From: Terriglobia bacterium
GTDB lineage: Bacteria > Acidobacteriota > Terriglobia > JAJPHL01 > JAPKYU01
NCBI GenBank assembly: GCA_965223005.1
Contig: CBDCVK010000010.1
Span: forward strand, 1,248,001 to 1,312,000
Length of the DNA stretch: 64,000 nucleotides
Reading direction: 5' to 3'
This document shows positions 51,204 through 61,786 of this stretch, piece by piece. A model generated the notes under the pieces. It saw only the letters and a program-made list of their open reading frames with translations. It was not told the origin of the DNA and made no database searches. How positions within the stretch are numbered: position 1 is the first letter of the stretch; each line of letters opens with the position of its first letter. Made by a program: the position numbers and the translations under genes.

Positions 51204-52220
51204 ATGGCCAAGTCTCGAGCAGCCCCATCGGCTCGCCGACGCAGTGTAGCCCGCCGGTCACGCCAAGGCCGTGCTTCGGCGTCCGTCCGTCGTTCCATTC
51301 AGGCCGAAGAACCGCCGCGGGCCGACCTGCGACGGGCTCCTCGCTCGACCGAACCGGACGAACGGCCGCTGCTGGATCTGGTCGTTATCACCGGCATGAG
51401 CGGTTCGGGCAAAGGATCGGTCCTCAAGGCTTTCGAGGACCTAGGCTATTACTGTGTCGATAACCTGCCGGTGGCCCTGATTTCGACCTTTGCTCAGCTT
51501 TGCCAGACATCGCGAGAAATCTTCCACGCGGCCCTGGTGGTGGACATCCGGGAGCGAGGAGCCTTGGGGCAGCTTCCCGCCATGTTCCGCAAGCTACGCT
51601 CGGGGGCACGCGCCAAGCTGGTATTCCTGGAAGCCAGTGACGAAGTGCTGATGCGTCGCTACAGCGAAACGCGCCGTCCTCACCCGCTCGCCAACGGGCA
51701 TCCAGTCGCACAGGCGATCCGGGCCGAGCGCCAGCGCCTGAGGAAAATTCGGGCGCTGGCTGACGTCACCGTGGACACCACCAAGTTCAATGTCCACGAA
51801 CTGCGCGATTTCATCTATGACCGCTTCAAGGGGACCGAAGAAACTCGCTCGCTGCTGGTCTCCTGCACCAGCTTTGGCTACCGGCACGGGATTCCCTCCG
51901 ACAGCGACCTGGTTTTTGACCTCCGTTTCCTTCCCAATCCCAACTATGTCCCCCAGTTCCGGCACCTTACCGGAAAGCACCCGGGGGTGGCCCGCTACAT
52001 CAAGAGCTTTCCCCAGACCGAGGAGTTCATCCAGCGCATCTCGGAACTGCTCATCTACCTGATTCCCCATTACATCCGCGAGGGGAAGAGCTATCTGAGC
52101 ATTGCCTTCGGCTGCACCGCCGGGCAGCACCGCTCGGTGACACTGGCAGAAACCATCCGTAAGCGCCTGTCGGAAGCCAGCTTCAACACCAAGGTGGTGC
52201 ACAGAGATATCAACCGCTAA
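51204..52220 (+). CDS. rapZ: RNase adapter / P-loop protein RapZ (YvcJ)
   Basis: TGMSGSGK, DNLP, ETRRPHP, SFGY, RFLPNP, GCTAGQHRSV. Confidence 0.93.
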   Translation: MAKSRAAPSARRRSVARRSRQGRASASVRRSIQAEEPPRADLRRAPRSTEPDERPLLDLVVITGMSGSGKGSVLKAFEDLGYYCVDNLPVALISTFAQLCQTSREIFHAALVVDIRERGALGQLPAMFRKLRSGARAKLVFLEASDEVLMRRYSETRRPHPLANGHPVAQAIRAERQRLRKIRALADVTVDTTKFNVHELRDFIYDRFKGTEETRSLLVSCTSFGYRHGIPSDSDLVFDLRFLPNPNYVPQFRHLTGKHPGVARYIKSFPQTEEFIQRISELLIYLIPHYIREGKSYLSIAFGCTAGQHRSVTLAETIRKRLSEASFNTKVVHRDINR

Positions 52221-52624
52221 CTCACCTTTTCCTTTACACCGGCCGCGAGGCGATGGTACTCTTGCTCGCTGTTTCGCCAAGGTAAGGTAAAGTTCGGCCT
52301 GTTGGGCTGCGCCCGTTGCAGCCATCCCTATACGGAAAGTAGAGTTAGCGCCTGAGTTGATGACAAAATTGCTCCGCGGCCAGGATGGGCCGCGCGCCTC
52401 CCACCGAGCTTGGAGCAGTTGTTCGCGCCACTTGAATTCCGAGCAGCCCTTGGAAATTCATTTCGAATGAACCGGGTCTGCTCGCACGGTCGGCGGTTGT
52501 TCCACGACACCCGGAGTTCCTTCGGTGTTGGATTGGACCCGCGATGAGGCTGCCTCTCCCTGCCGGCTATTCTTCCTTCCGGCTCGCGAAGTGGCCCCAG
52601 TGGGCAGACTGAACACAACGAGAC

Positions 52625-53929
52625 ATGCGCATTGTTGATGTGATTCGCAAGAAGCGGGATGGAGCAGAACTCACCCGCGAGGAACTGGCTCTGCTGGTCG
52701 AAGGGTACGGTCGCAACGAAGTGTCCGACTATCAGGCCGCCGCCTTCCTCATGGCGGTCTATTTCCAGTCGCTTTCCGACAGCGAGCTAGCCGACCTGAC
52801 CGATCTGTATGTCCGCTCGGGAGTGACGGTGGACCTTTCGGAGCTGCCTGGGGTCAAAGTGGACAAGCATTCCACCGGCGGCGTGGGAGACAAGGCAAGC
52901 CTGGTGGTGGCACCCATCGTGGCCGCCGCCGGCTGCCGGGTGCCGATGATTTCCGGCCGCGGCCTGGCCCACACCGGGGGAACGGTGGACAAGCTGGAAT
53001 CCATTCCCGGGTTCAACACCGCTCTGAGCATGGAACAATTCGAACAAGCACTGCGCACCACCGGATGCGCCATCATTGCTCAGACGGCGGAGCTGGCTCC
53101 GGCAGACGGCAAACTCTACTCGCTGCGCGATGCCACGGGAACCGTGGAAAGCATTCCCCTAATCGCCGCCTCCATCATGAGCAAGAAACTGGTGGAGGGG
53201 ATCGACGCGCTGCTGCTGGACGTGAAAACCGGGTCGGGCGCCTTCATGAAAAAGCAGACGGAGGCCCGGCGGCTGGCTCAGGCCATGGTAACGATTGGCC
53301 GCCGGATGGGCAAACGGATGCTGGCCCTGATTACGGATATGGACCAACCGCTGGGTAACGCGGTGGGCAACGCGCTGGAAGTGATGGAAGCCGTCAATAC
53401 CCTGCAAGGCAAGGGACCTCCGGACCTGACGGAGTTGTCGCTGGAACTGGCGGCTCGCATGCTCGCCCTGGCAGATCCCAACCGCAGCGGCGAGGAGGCC
53501 CGCGAGTTGGCCAACTCGCTGCTGGCCGACGGCTCGGCGCTGGCCAAGTTCCGGCAGATCATTGAGGCGCAGGGAGGAGATGCGGGCGTGATCGACGCCT
53601 TCGAGCGCCTCCCCACCGCCTCGGCTGGCCACTCCATCACCACGCCCCGGTCGGGCTACGTGACCCAGGTGAACGCAGAAGAGATCGGGATGGCAGCCGT
53701 GCTGCTGGGCGCCGGCCGCGAACGCCTGGATTCAGCGATTGATCATGCCGTCGGAATCGTGGTCGAGCGCAAGGTGGGCGAACAGGTCGAGGCCGGCGAA
53801 TCCCTCTGCACCCTCTACTACAACGACGAGCGAGGCCTGGAAGAAGCCGTGCAGATGGTAGAAGACGCTTTCCACATCGCCTCAGTGGCCCCCGAGCCCC
53901 GGCCGCTTATCTACGAAGTGATTCAGTAG
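52625..53929 (+). CDS. pdp: Pyrimidine-nucleoside (thymidine) phosphorylase
   Basis: DKHSTGGVGDK, SGRGLAHTGGT, SIMSKK, DVKTGSGAFM. Confidence 0.95.
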   Translation: MRIVDVIRKKRDGAELTREELALLVEGYGRNEVSDYQAAAFLMAVYFQSLSDSELADLTDLYVRSGVTVDLSELPGVKVDKHSTGGVGDKASLVVAPIVAAAGCRVPMISGRGLAHTGGTVDKLESIPGFNTALSMEQFEQALRTTGCAIIAQTAELAPADGKLYSLRDATGTVESIPLIAASIMSKKLVEGIDALLLDVKTGSGAFMKKQTEARRLAQAMVTIGRRMGKRMLALITDMDQPLGNAVGNALEVMEAVNTLQGKGPPDLTELSLELAARMLALADPNRSGEEARELANSLLADGSALAKFRQIIEAQGGDAGVIDAFERLPTASAGHSITTPRSGYVTQVNAEEIGMAAVLLGAGRERLDSAIDHAVGIVVERKVGEQVEAGESLCTLYYNDERGLEEAVQMVEDAFHIASVAPEPRPLIYEVIQ

Positions 53930-53951
53930 CAGCGCCCCGGCGGGGCAGTAA

Positions 53952-54110
53952 GGTTCTTCCTTCGTCTTCGGCGAGTTGGGAACCCCCGGGAACACGGTGG
54001 CCAGCTTCGCCTTTCACGTGCTTCCCACCATCATCTTTGCCAGCATCTTAGCCTTCAGTGGATTCTTGGGAACCTGGCCGTGCCGCTGGCCTGGCTCATG
54101 GGCGTGCCCT
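53952..54110 (+). pseudogene. Remnant of a NupC/CNT nucleoside transporter
   Basis: GSSFVFGELG...FAFHVLPTIIF joined in another frame to LSLQWILGNLAVPLAWLMGVP. Confidence 0.75.
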
Positions 54111-54174
54111 TGAAAGCTGTCAGGAAAACGAACCCGCAAGTCCATGACTTTATGATTTAGGCCCGACAACTCCC

Positions 54175-54469
54175 ATGGCCAGCGAACAGGAATTGACGGC
54201 GGCTGCCTGGGCCGCCCGAGAGAACGCCGTTGCCGATTTCTCCCGCTTCCGCGTTGGGGCAGCGCTCCTTCCGCCGCCTGGTGGTAGCCGCCGATACGGA
54301 CCATCCGACGCCGCCCTGCGGCGCCTGCCGGCAACTGCTGTGGGAGTTCTGCGGCGACATTCCCATTCTGCTAGTCAACCGCCGCGGGCAGCGCGAGACG
54401 GTCCAACTGCGCGACCTGCTTCCCCGCCCCTTCGACCGCTCCTTTCTCAGCATGCAGCCGGAAAGTTGA
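54175..54469 (+). pseudogene. cdd: Cytidine deaminase with internal deletion
   Basis: ARENA...SRFRVGAALL joined out of frame to PCGACRQLLWEF...LLPRPF; NxEN/CAE segment missing. Confidence 0.85.
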
Positions 54470-54480
54470 ACAGCGACTTG

Positions 54481-55823
54481 ATGAGCGCCCCAAACCGATC
54501 CGCGCTCTGGAAAGCTCCACTGGCATCGTTTCTGGTCTACGTGTTGCCGATCGTTACGGTCCACATCTTGATTCCCTGGGGGATGATCCTGGCGATGGAA
54601 ATATCCCGGGGCCGGGGGACCGCGAAGCTCTCTGGGTGGCAGCGGATGTGGCCCTAGCCTTGGGGTTGCAGGCAGCCGCGGGGCTGCTATGGTTCTGGTA
54701 TTTCCGCGCGCCGAGCTGGAAGCGCCTAGGCGCGGTATTCGCGACGGTCCCGTTGTTCTTCGCCGCATTGCAATGGCTCTACCTGATCGTCATCCCGACC
54801 TGGTTTCTGGTGGAAGCAGACACAAAAGCGGGAAAAACGCCGTGGGTGCAGCAGTGTAGCGTTCCCGGACATTATCTTGCAGCCATCAAGACGCCTCCCG
54901 ATCTGGCTTTGGCCAACGCGTCGGAGGCCTGGGTTGCGGAGGTAAAAAGCTCACGGCTGGGGATTCTGCGGATGCCGGAGTGCGAGGTCTTGCCCGTCAA
55001 CCTGAAGTGGAGCAATGTGAATCCTCGGCTTGCCTCGGTCGCTCCGGGAGGCCGAGCTGTCTATGCCACCTACGAACGGCCTACGAATGCCGAGAGCTGG
55101 TGGTATGTCGGGGGACCGAATCAGGAGCCTTTACAACTAAAGAAGCCGGAGCGTACGGATCGCCAGCAGCCCATTCTTTCCTCAGATGGGCAATGGGTCG
55201 GATGGCTCCAGCGCATCAGAGGCGGTCCCGGTAGGTCGCAGATGCAGGCCATTTTGCAGAATCCGCTCAGCGGCAAGGAGCTGACGGTTGGGCTCCCTTC
55301 GTACCGCTCCGGACGCTTTCGTCTCCTGAGCGCAGATCTGGAGGCGCCTTCCTTGTTCCTGGAATACGACTACAGGCAATTCCTGCGCGTTGGACTGGAT
55401 GGAAGCGTTCTTGAGGAGCCCTGGAAGCCCGCGGGAGTGAAAGCTTCGGGAGAAAGCCTTCTGCGCCTTGCCGGTGGCTGGGTGGCGTGGGACAGCTACA
55501 AAGACCGTGGCAGCTACATGGTTTCCTGGTCGGTGGGGAAGGGCGTTGGGCAACACCGGGTCCTGAAAGGACGCAACATCACCTCGCTGGCCATCGACCC
55601 GGAGGGCCAGTACCTGGCGGTGAGCGTGAGCACCGGGCTGAACATCGGCAAGATTCAGGACGCGGTTTACGTTCTGCGGACCTCGGACGGTTCCGCGGTG
55701 CTTCGGAAGTACCTGCCGATGTACTCCCGAAGCCAGGTGGCGTTCTTCGGCTCGAAGTTCTTCGCCTACTCCGAGTCCTTTCCCCGCCCCGGAGCTGTCC
55801 GTGTGCTGCGGCTCCCGCAATGA
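54481..55823 (+). CDS. Membrane-anchored beta-propeller-like protein (frameshift in G5 tract near 54614-54618)
   Basis: TM N-terminus at 54481 continues into ORF 54636..55823 if one G is added. Confidence 0.6.
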
Positions 55824-55891
55824 GAACTCTAGCCACCCAAGCCCCCGCTCGGGCACGGGGAGGCAGCTTCCGCGGTGCCCAAGACAGCCTG

Positions 55892-56239
55892 TTAATGTGC
55901 CAGGCGGCTGGGCGGGTCTTCGGCGAATTGGCGGGAATTGCGGGTGAGGCGGAGGTGCTCCAGCAGGTCCTCAGGCGAGCCGAAGACCAACTGGCGGTCG
56001 CGGCTGTGTTCACGCGCCCGTTCCTCCAGGCTGTTAACCAGCTTGTAGAACTTCTTCAGCGCAAAAATATCGCCGACGCCTTCCAGGCGCACTCCCCGTT
56101 GGGTAAAAATCACGTCCACCGGGTAGGTGCAGGAGACAGCACCGGCGCCCGACTCGGAACACTCCAGGAAAATTCGCACGCCCTCGTTGTGGCCCTTGTT
56201 GTGGCCCTCGTTATAGCGAAGATAGCCGATAAATCCCAT
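55892..56239 (-). CDS. Hypothetical protein
   Basis: 115-aa ORF just downstream of 56257..57063. Confidence 0.45.
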   Translation of the reverse strand: MGFIGYLRYNEGHNKGHNEGVRIFLECSESGAGAVSCTYPVDVIFTQRGVRLEGVGDIFALKKFYKLVNSLEERAREHSRDRQLVFGSPEDLLEHLRLTRNSRQFAEDPPSRLAH

Positions 56240-56256
56240 CGCTGCCGCTGTTCCCT

Positions 56257-57063
56257 TTAGCCGAAAAGCCTGGCCATCAGTGATTTCTTTTTCTCTGGTG
56301 CCGGCAGGTTCAGTGCGCCTAACACAGTCTCAATCTCCGCCTCTGACGCCGGGGGCGACTTCCGTGAAAAATACACGACTTCCTGGAAGGTACAGAAGCG
56401 GTCCACGCAAAAGAAACAGGCGCCGAGATGTTGGAGAGTCAGTTCGCGTTCCCGCCAGCTGATCTGGCCGTCTACGATGCGGTGAAACGCGAGGTACGGG
56501 TAGCAGTCCTGGCTCTCCCGGCTCAAAACAGCTTCCACCAACACCGGCCGGGAGGAACTCAGGGAATCCTGGCTCCAGGAGTCCATGGCCGCGCGCAAGC
56601 CCTCCTGGGTAGTCTGCATGATTTTGGCGGCGGTCTCTTCTTTCATGTTCAGGATCGGGGCAACTCTGTCCAACGGATAGCCCAGCATGAACAGCCAGAC
56701 CACCTGGCGTTGCAGTCCACTGAACTCTTTTAGCGCCGCTTCCAGTACCTCCAGGGTGACCGGCGGAGCCGTGGGAGCGGGAAGTCCAGCCAGAACCCGT
56801 CCCCGCTCGAGCATGTACCGGCGGAAGTGCACCATGAATTCCCGCTCCGCCCGCCCAGTGAAGGAGCCGAAGAAGTGGCCGTCATCATCGAGCATTCCGG
56901 CAAAGACGCCGGGCAGCAGGCGATCCGCGTCACCGGAAAGCTGGGGAAAATATTGCGGCAGAAAATGGCGCGCCAGCGGCAGGTAGGTAGTCACAAACTC
57001 CCGCCAGGCGCGCGGATCGCGGCGCCGGCAACCTTCAATCATGTCCTGGAAGGTATAGACCAT
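56257..57063 (-). CDS. ECF-sigma-like protein fused to a zinc-finger (HxxxCxxC) anti-sigma-like domain
   Basis: D..AWREFV..Y N-terminus, LKEFSGLQRQVVWL..G...VA.IL sigma4-like, HLGACFFC. Confidence 0.6.
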   Translation of the reverse strand: MVYTFQDMIEGCRRRDPRAWREFVTTYLPLARHFLPQYFPQLSGDADRLLPGVFAGMLDDDGHFFGSFTGRAEREFMVHFRRYMLERGRVLAGLPAPTAPPVTLEVLEAALKEFSGLQRQVVWLFMLGYPLDRVAPILNMKEETAAKIMQTTQEGLRAAMDSWSQDSLSSSRPVLVEAVLSRESQDCYPYLAFHRIVDGQISWRERELTLQHLGACFFCVDRFCTFQEVVYFSRKSPPASEAEIETVLGALNLPAPEKKKSLMARLFG

Positions 57064-57160
57064 GCCTCAGAGGTTCATTCTATCCGCAGCGACCGAAACT
57101 TTTCCACTGAATGCGGGTATATCCCTTACAGAAGGCAAGGACAAGCTGAGAGGAGGTTGA

Positions 57161-58018
57161 ATGTTGAGAGGACTGTTGTTAACACTGCTTTTTATGGCAT
57201 GCGTAATGCTGCCGGCTTCGGCGGAGGCTCTGGAACCCGATCCGGCTGGCGACCCTTTCGAGGCGGGACCGGCAGCCCCACCCCCACCCCCGCCTCCTGT
57301 CGACTTTGAAGCTCCCGGCTCCAGACGGCGGGCTGGGCCATGCAGACACGGTCGAGGGTCGGGCCACCACTCCAGCCCATACCGCCAGTTTGGACGTGAC
57401 TATAGTTTCGGACCTGGCAGACACGGCGGTCCCCCCGGCTATAACCGCGGATTTGGTCCCGAACACGGCCGGTTTGGACGCGATTTTACTTCCGGACCTG
57501 GCAGACACGGTGGTCCCCCCGGCTATAGCCGCGGGTTTGGTCCCGGACAAGGCAGCTTCGTAGGCGGGCGCAGTTCCCACCCGGGCAGGATGTTATTCAG
57601 TGAGAGGGCGCGCCGCCAATTGGGTCTGAGCGAAGAGCAGTCCAGCCGCCTCCGGCAGCTGGGCCTGGAGGCGCGCAAGAGCGCTATCCGCCGGCGGGCT
57701 GACATGGAAACTAAACAGCTTGAACTGGAAGAGTTGCTGGGCGCGGCCGAGCCCGACCGGGCAGCAATTGACCGCACCGTCCAGGAGATCGGCGCCTTGC
57801 ATGCGGCGCGGATGAAGGTGGGTATTGACCAGCGCCTGAACTTCCAGGACGTGCTCACCCCGGAACAGCGGGAGAAGATGCGCGAGCTTCGGGAACAAGG
57901 TTTCCGTGGCCGGAGATCCGGCCGGGAGGCCGGGAAGTGGAAGCATGGTGACCGCCCCGGGAGGCCTCCGTGGGCACCTTCGGAGCCAGATCCTCCGCCT
58001 TCCCCACCGGAGCAGTAA
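57161..58018 (+). CDS. Spy/CpxP-family periplasmic protein with Gly/Pro-rich repeats
   Basis: Signal peptide; LGLSEEQ...VLTPEQ motifs. Confidence 0.85.
   Translation: MLRGLLLTLLFMACVMLPASAEALEPDPAGDPFEAGPAAPPPPPPPVDFEAPGSRRRAGPCRHGRGSGHHSSPYRQFGRDYSFGPGRHGGPPGYNRGFGPEHGRFGRDFTSGPGRHGGPPGYSRGFGPGQGSFVGGRSSHPGRMLFSERARRQLGLSEEQSSRLRQLGLEARKSAIRRRADMETKQLELEELLGAAEPDRAAIDRTVQEIGALHAARMKVGIDQRLNFQDVLTPEQREKMRELREQGFRGRRSGREAGKWKHGDRPGRPPWAPSEPDPPPSPPEQ
57389..57553 (+). repeat. 84-bp imperfect tandem repeat x2 (28-aa FGRDxxxGPGRHGGPPGY unit)
   Basis: Units begin at 57389 and 57473. Confidence 0.9.
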
Positions 58019-58065
58019 CAGCGGCTGGCTTTAAGCGGGCAGGTCGCGCACTGGCGACCTGCCCA

Positions 58066-59247
58066 TTACTTTCCTCCGAGCAGGAGCTTAGCGATTGTCT
58101 GGAGCTGCATGTTGGAAGTGCCTTCGTAAATCTTGCCAATCTTGGAGTCCCGCCAGAGCTTTTCGACCGGGTAGTCCTTGGTAAAGCCATAGCCCCCGAG
58201 AACTTCAATGGACAGCGAGCTGACCCGCTCGGCGACCTGCGAGGCAAAATACTTGGCCATCGCCGCCTCTTTCAGGAAGGGCTGGCCGGAGTCCTTCAAG
58301 CGTGCTGCGTTGTAAGTCATCACCCTCGCGGCCTCCACGTCCACGGCCATCTCGGCCAACTGGAATTGCACCGCCTGGAATTCGGCGATAGTGCGACCGA
58401 ACTGCTTGCGTTCCTTCGCGTACTGCAGGGCATAGTCCAGCGCCCCCTGGGCCAACCCGGTCATCTGGGCGGCGATACCGATGCGGCCTTCGTTCAGGGT
58501 TTCGATGGCGATCTTGTACCCCCTGCCGACCTCGCCCAGCACGTTTTCTTTGGGCACGCGGCAATCCTCCAGCAGCAACTCGCAGGTGGAGGAAGCGCGG
58601 ATGCCGAGCTTGTCCTCCTTCTTGCCCACGCGGAAGCCGGGCGCCTCGTGCTCGATCAGGAAGGCGGTGACGCCGCGGTAGCCGGCCGACGGATCAGCGT
58701 TAGCAAACAGCAGGAACAAGCCGGCTTCCTTGGCGTTGGTCGTCCAGAGTTTGCGGCCATTGAGCAGGAAGTGGTCGCTGCGGTCTTCGGCGCGGGCGGC
58801 CATGGCAAAGGCATCGCTGCCGGAGCCGGCCTCCGACAGCGCGTAGGCGCCCACCACCTCGGTCGCCAGCCGCGGCAAAAACCGCTGCTTCTGCTCCGGG
58901 CTTCCCCAGTGGAGCAAGGCGTTGTTCACCAGCGTGTTCTGCACGTCCACCACCACCGCCGCCGAGGGATCGGCTGCCGACAACTCCTCGATCGCTACGA
59001 TGCACTGGAAAAACGACCCGCCGGCCCCGCTGTATTCTTCCGGTACCTCGATGCTCATCCAGCCAAGCTGGAAGAACTCCCGGATCAGCTCCATGCTGAA
59101 CTGTCCCTGCTCATCCATCTCCTTGGCCAGCGGCCTTACCCGCTCCTGAGCAAACTGCCGCACGCTGTCCCGGAACATTTGCTCCTCTTCCGAGAGGGTG
59201 GTGAGCGCGGGAACCACCGCCGGGAGATGCACTGTGGGTTCAGCCAT
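58066..59247 (-). CDS. Acyl-CoA dehydrogenase (short/branched chain)
   Basis: LSEAGSGSD, KLGIRAS, RKQFG, GGYG, IYEGTS. Confidence 0.93.
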   Translation of the reverse strand: MAEPTVHLPAVVPALTTLSEEEQMFRDSVRQFAQERVRPLAKEMDEQGQFSMELIREFFQLGWMSIEVPEEYSGAGGSFFQCIVAIEELSAADPSAAVVVDVQNTLVNNALLHWGSPEQKQRFLPRLATEVVGAYALSEAGSGSDAFAMAARAEDRSDHFLLNGRKLWTTNAKEAGLFLLFANADPSAGYRGVTAFLIEHEAPGFRVGKKEDKLGIRASSTCELLLEDCRVPKENVLGEVGRGYKIAIETLNEGRIGIAAQMTGLAQGALDYALQYAKERKQFGRTIAEFQAVQFQLAEMAVDVEAARVMTYNAARLKDSGQPFLKEAAMAKYFASQVAERVSSLSIEVLGGYGFTKDYPVEKLWRDSKIGKIYEGTSNMQLQTIAKLLLGGK

Positions 59248-59342
59248 GCGGGCCTCCAGCAACTGGCGCTAATTCTAGCATGCTCGCCTGACGGCCATCC
59301 GCCGTCCACCGCCGGAGTGCAGCCTCCGAACCGTTACCGCCA

Positions 59343-59460
59343 GTAGCGCCGGCATCTTGCCGGCAAGTTCCCAAAATCGCGAAGACGGAAGGAAGCTTTG
59401 CCGGCGAGACGGCGGCATGACCGGGCGAAAAGCAGGTTCCTCGCTCCGCTCGAAATGACA
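59343..59460. repeat. Intergenic REP-like elements
   Basis: GTAGCGCCGGCATCTTGCCGGC...GCCGGCGAGACGGCGGCATGAC imperfect IR, plus GTTCCTCGCTCCGCTCGAAATGACA half-site. Confidence 0.5.
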
Positions 59461-59478
59461 AACACGTGGAGGCTGGGT

Positions 59479-59928
59479 TTACGACTGGGACTTGGCGGGT
59501 TCGGGCTGGGGTTCGGCTTTCTTCTTCTTTTTCTTCTCGGGTTCGCGCTTTTTGACTTCGCTGCCGATCAACTCCACCATGGCCAGCTCGGCCCCGTCGC
59601 CTTTGCGCCAGCCAAGGCGGGTCAAGCGGGTGTATCCACCATTGCGGTCACCAAAGCGGGCCGCGATGGCGTCAAACAACTTCTTGACCGCTGCCGGGCC
59701 CTTCAGGAAGGCGGCCGCCTGGCGGCGCGCGTGAAGGATATCCTTGGGTTCGCCGCCTCGCTTCCCTAGCGTAATCATCCGCTCGGCGAACGGCCTCAAG
59801 AACTTGGCCTTCTCTACCGTGGTGGTGACGCGCTCGTGAAGAATCAGCGAGGTCACCAGGTTGCGGAGGAGAGCGCGGCGATGCGCTGTATGTCTCCCCA
59901 GTTTCCAACTTGCTCGGCGATGTCTCAT
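59479..59928 (-). CDS. rplQ: 50S ribosomal protein L17
   Basis: MRHR...KLGR...GGYTR. Confidence 0.97.
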   Translation of the reverse strand: MRHRRASWKLGRHTAHRRALLRNLVTSLILHERVTTTVEKAKFLRPFAERMITLGKRGGEPKDILHARRQAAAFLKGPAAVKKLFDAIAARFGDRNGGYTRLTRLGWRKGDGAELAMVELIGSEVKKREPEKKKKKKAEPQPEPAKSQS

Positions 59929-59973
59929 TGCTCTTAGACTCGCGCGCGGTTCTTGGACTCGCGCTGGCGACTT

Positions 59974-60972
59974 TTAAATTTCTTGCCCCGGGGGCGGAGG
60001 GACCAACTGCCCGCGCTCATTGATGCGCATGCCCAAGCTGAGACCCATGGTGTGCAAGATCGCCTTGATTTCGTTCAACGACTTGCGCCCGAAGTTCTTG
60101 GTCTTGAGCATCTCCTGCTCGCTCTTGATCACCAGTTCGCCGATGGTCTGGATCTGCGCATTCTTCAGGCAGTTATAGGAGCGGACCGAAAGCTCCAGTT
60201 CCTCGACCGAGCGGTTCAGGTGCTCGTTGAGGCGCTCCACGCTGGTGTCCACTTCCGTCTCCACCGCTTCCGGGATCTCTTCGAAATTGATGAAGATGGA
60301 CATGTGGTCCTTTAGCAGCTTGGCGGCCAAACCGATGGAATCCTGCGGCAAGATCGCGCCGTTGGTCCAGACTTCCAGGACCAACTTGTCGTAATCGGTC
60401 ATCTGGCCCAGCCGGGCCGCTTCGACGGTGTAATTGACCTTGCGCACCGGAGAGTGCACGGAGTCGACCGGGATGAAGCCGACACCGAGGTCGTCGTCAA
60501 AGTTCTTGTCGGCGCTGCGGTAGCCACGACCCTGCTTCAGGCGCAGCTCGATCGAGAGATCGCCGCCCTCGCCGACGGTGGCCACATACAGCTCCTTGTC
60601 CAGCACTTCACAATCTGCACTGGTCTGGATGACGCCGGAGGTCACCACACCGGGGCTGTTGACGCGCAAGTGGGCGGTCTTAGGCCCTTCGCCGGCCATC
60701 TTGAAGGGGATTTGCTTCAAGTTGAGGATGATGTCTGTGGCATCCTCAACCACCCCGGGGATGGAGCTGAACTCGTGCAGTACGCCCTCAATCTTGATGG
60801 CGGTCACCGCCGCCCCCTCAATCGAGCTGAGCAGGACACGACGCAGGGCATTGCCCACAGTAGTGCCGAAGCCGCGCTCGAACGGCTGGGCGGTGAACAT
60901 GCCGTACTTGTCGCTCAGGGTTTCCAGGCTAGAAGCCAGCCGCTTGGGCTTTTGAAAACCTCTCCACAGCAT
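59974..60972 (-). CDS. rpoA: RNA polymerase alpha subunit
   Basis: [34 protein letters not shown]. Confidence 0.98.
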   Translation of the reverse strand: MLWRGFQKPKRLASSLETLSDKYGMFTAQPFERGFGTTVGNALRRVLLSSIEGAAVTAIKIEGVLHEFSSIPGVVEDATDIILNLKQIPFKMAGEGPKTAHLRVNSPGVVTSGVIQTSADCEVLDKELYVATVGEGGDLSIELRLKQGRGYRSADKNFDDDLGVGFIPVDSVHSPVRKVNYTVEAARLGQMTDYDKLVLEVWTNGAILPQDSIGLAAKLLKDHMSIFINFEEIPEAVETEVDTSVERLNEHLNRSVEELELSVRSYNCLKNAQIQTIGELVIKSEQEMLKTKNFGRKSLNEIKAILHTMGLSLGMRINERGQLVPPPPGQEI

Positions 60973-61093
60973 TTGTTCTTTTTCCTTCCCTAAAGCCACG
61001 CAACGGCTTTACGCGAATGTGCAAGTCTGTTCCTCGCCAGCACGGCCATTGCTGCCCCCAACGCGCAGGCGAGCCTTCCCTGGCCGCCGCCAG

Positions 61094-61726
61094 CTATTTG
61101 GAATACAGCTCGACGATCAACTGTTCCTGCAATGGCAGGGCGATGTCCTCCCGGCGCGGCAGCGAAACCACGCGGGTGCGAAAGTTCTCACGGTCGACTT
61201 CCAGCCAGGGCGGCGCCAGCTGGTGGGCGGTGAGTTCACGAGCCTCCAAGAGGTTCTTCAATTCGCGGTGCCCTTCCCGAACCTCCACCACATCCCCTGC
61301 TTTCACCAAGTAAGAAGGGATGTTCACCTTGCGGCTATTGACCTGGATGTGGCCGTGGAGGACCACCTGGCGGGCTTGCGCTCGCGAGCTGCCTAATCCT
61401 ATCCGGTGCACGACGTTGTCCAGCCGTCGCTCCAGTAACTGGAGCAGATTCTCGCCGGTTACGCCCTTCATGTCGGCGGCCTTGTCAAAATAGTTGCGGA
61501 ACTGCCGCTCCAGGATTCCGTACATACGGCGGACCTTCTGCTTTTCCCGCAATTGCAGGCCGTAGCCGACAATCTTCTTTGGCCGGCGACTCTTGCCGTG
61601 CGCTCCGGGGACGAAGTTACGCCGCTCAATCTCGCACTTGTCGGTGTAGCACTTGGTACCCTTCAGGAAAAGCTTCATTCCTTCTCGACGGCACAGCCTG
61701 CACATCGGTCCTCGTTGTCTGGCCAA
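61094..61726 (-). CDS. rpsD: 30S ribosomal protein S4
   Basis: [24 protein letters not shown]. Confidence 0.98.
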   Translation of the reverse strand: MARQRGPMCRLCRREGMKLFLKGTKCYTDKCEIERRNFVPGAHGKSRRPKKIVGYGLQLREKQKVRRMYGILERQFRNYFDKAADMKGVTGENLLQLLERRLDNVVHRIGLGSSRAQARQVVLHGHIQVNSRKVNIPSYLVKAGDVVEVREGHRELKNLLEARELTAHQLAPPWLEVDRENFRTRVVSLPRREDIALPLQEQLIVELYSK

Positions 61727-61786
61727 CTTGCTTTACCTCCCTCCCTGCACGGGCTCGTCTTCTCTCCCTGGCTTCCCCCGGCCCGC

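Noticed and set aside
52221-52624. 400-bp intergenic region before pdp as a riboswitch
   Set aside because: Only small hairpins; no recognisable aptamer consensus.
24951-59346. Long antisense or alternate-frame ORFs (e.g. 24951..26408 -, 29991..31364 +, 57970..59346 +)
   Set aside because: Shadow ORFs of well-supported genes, expected in high-GC DNA.
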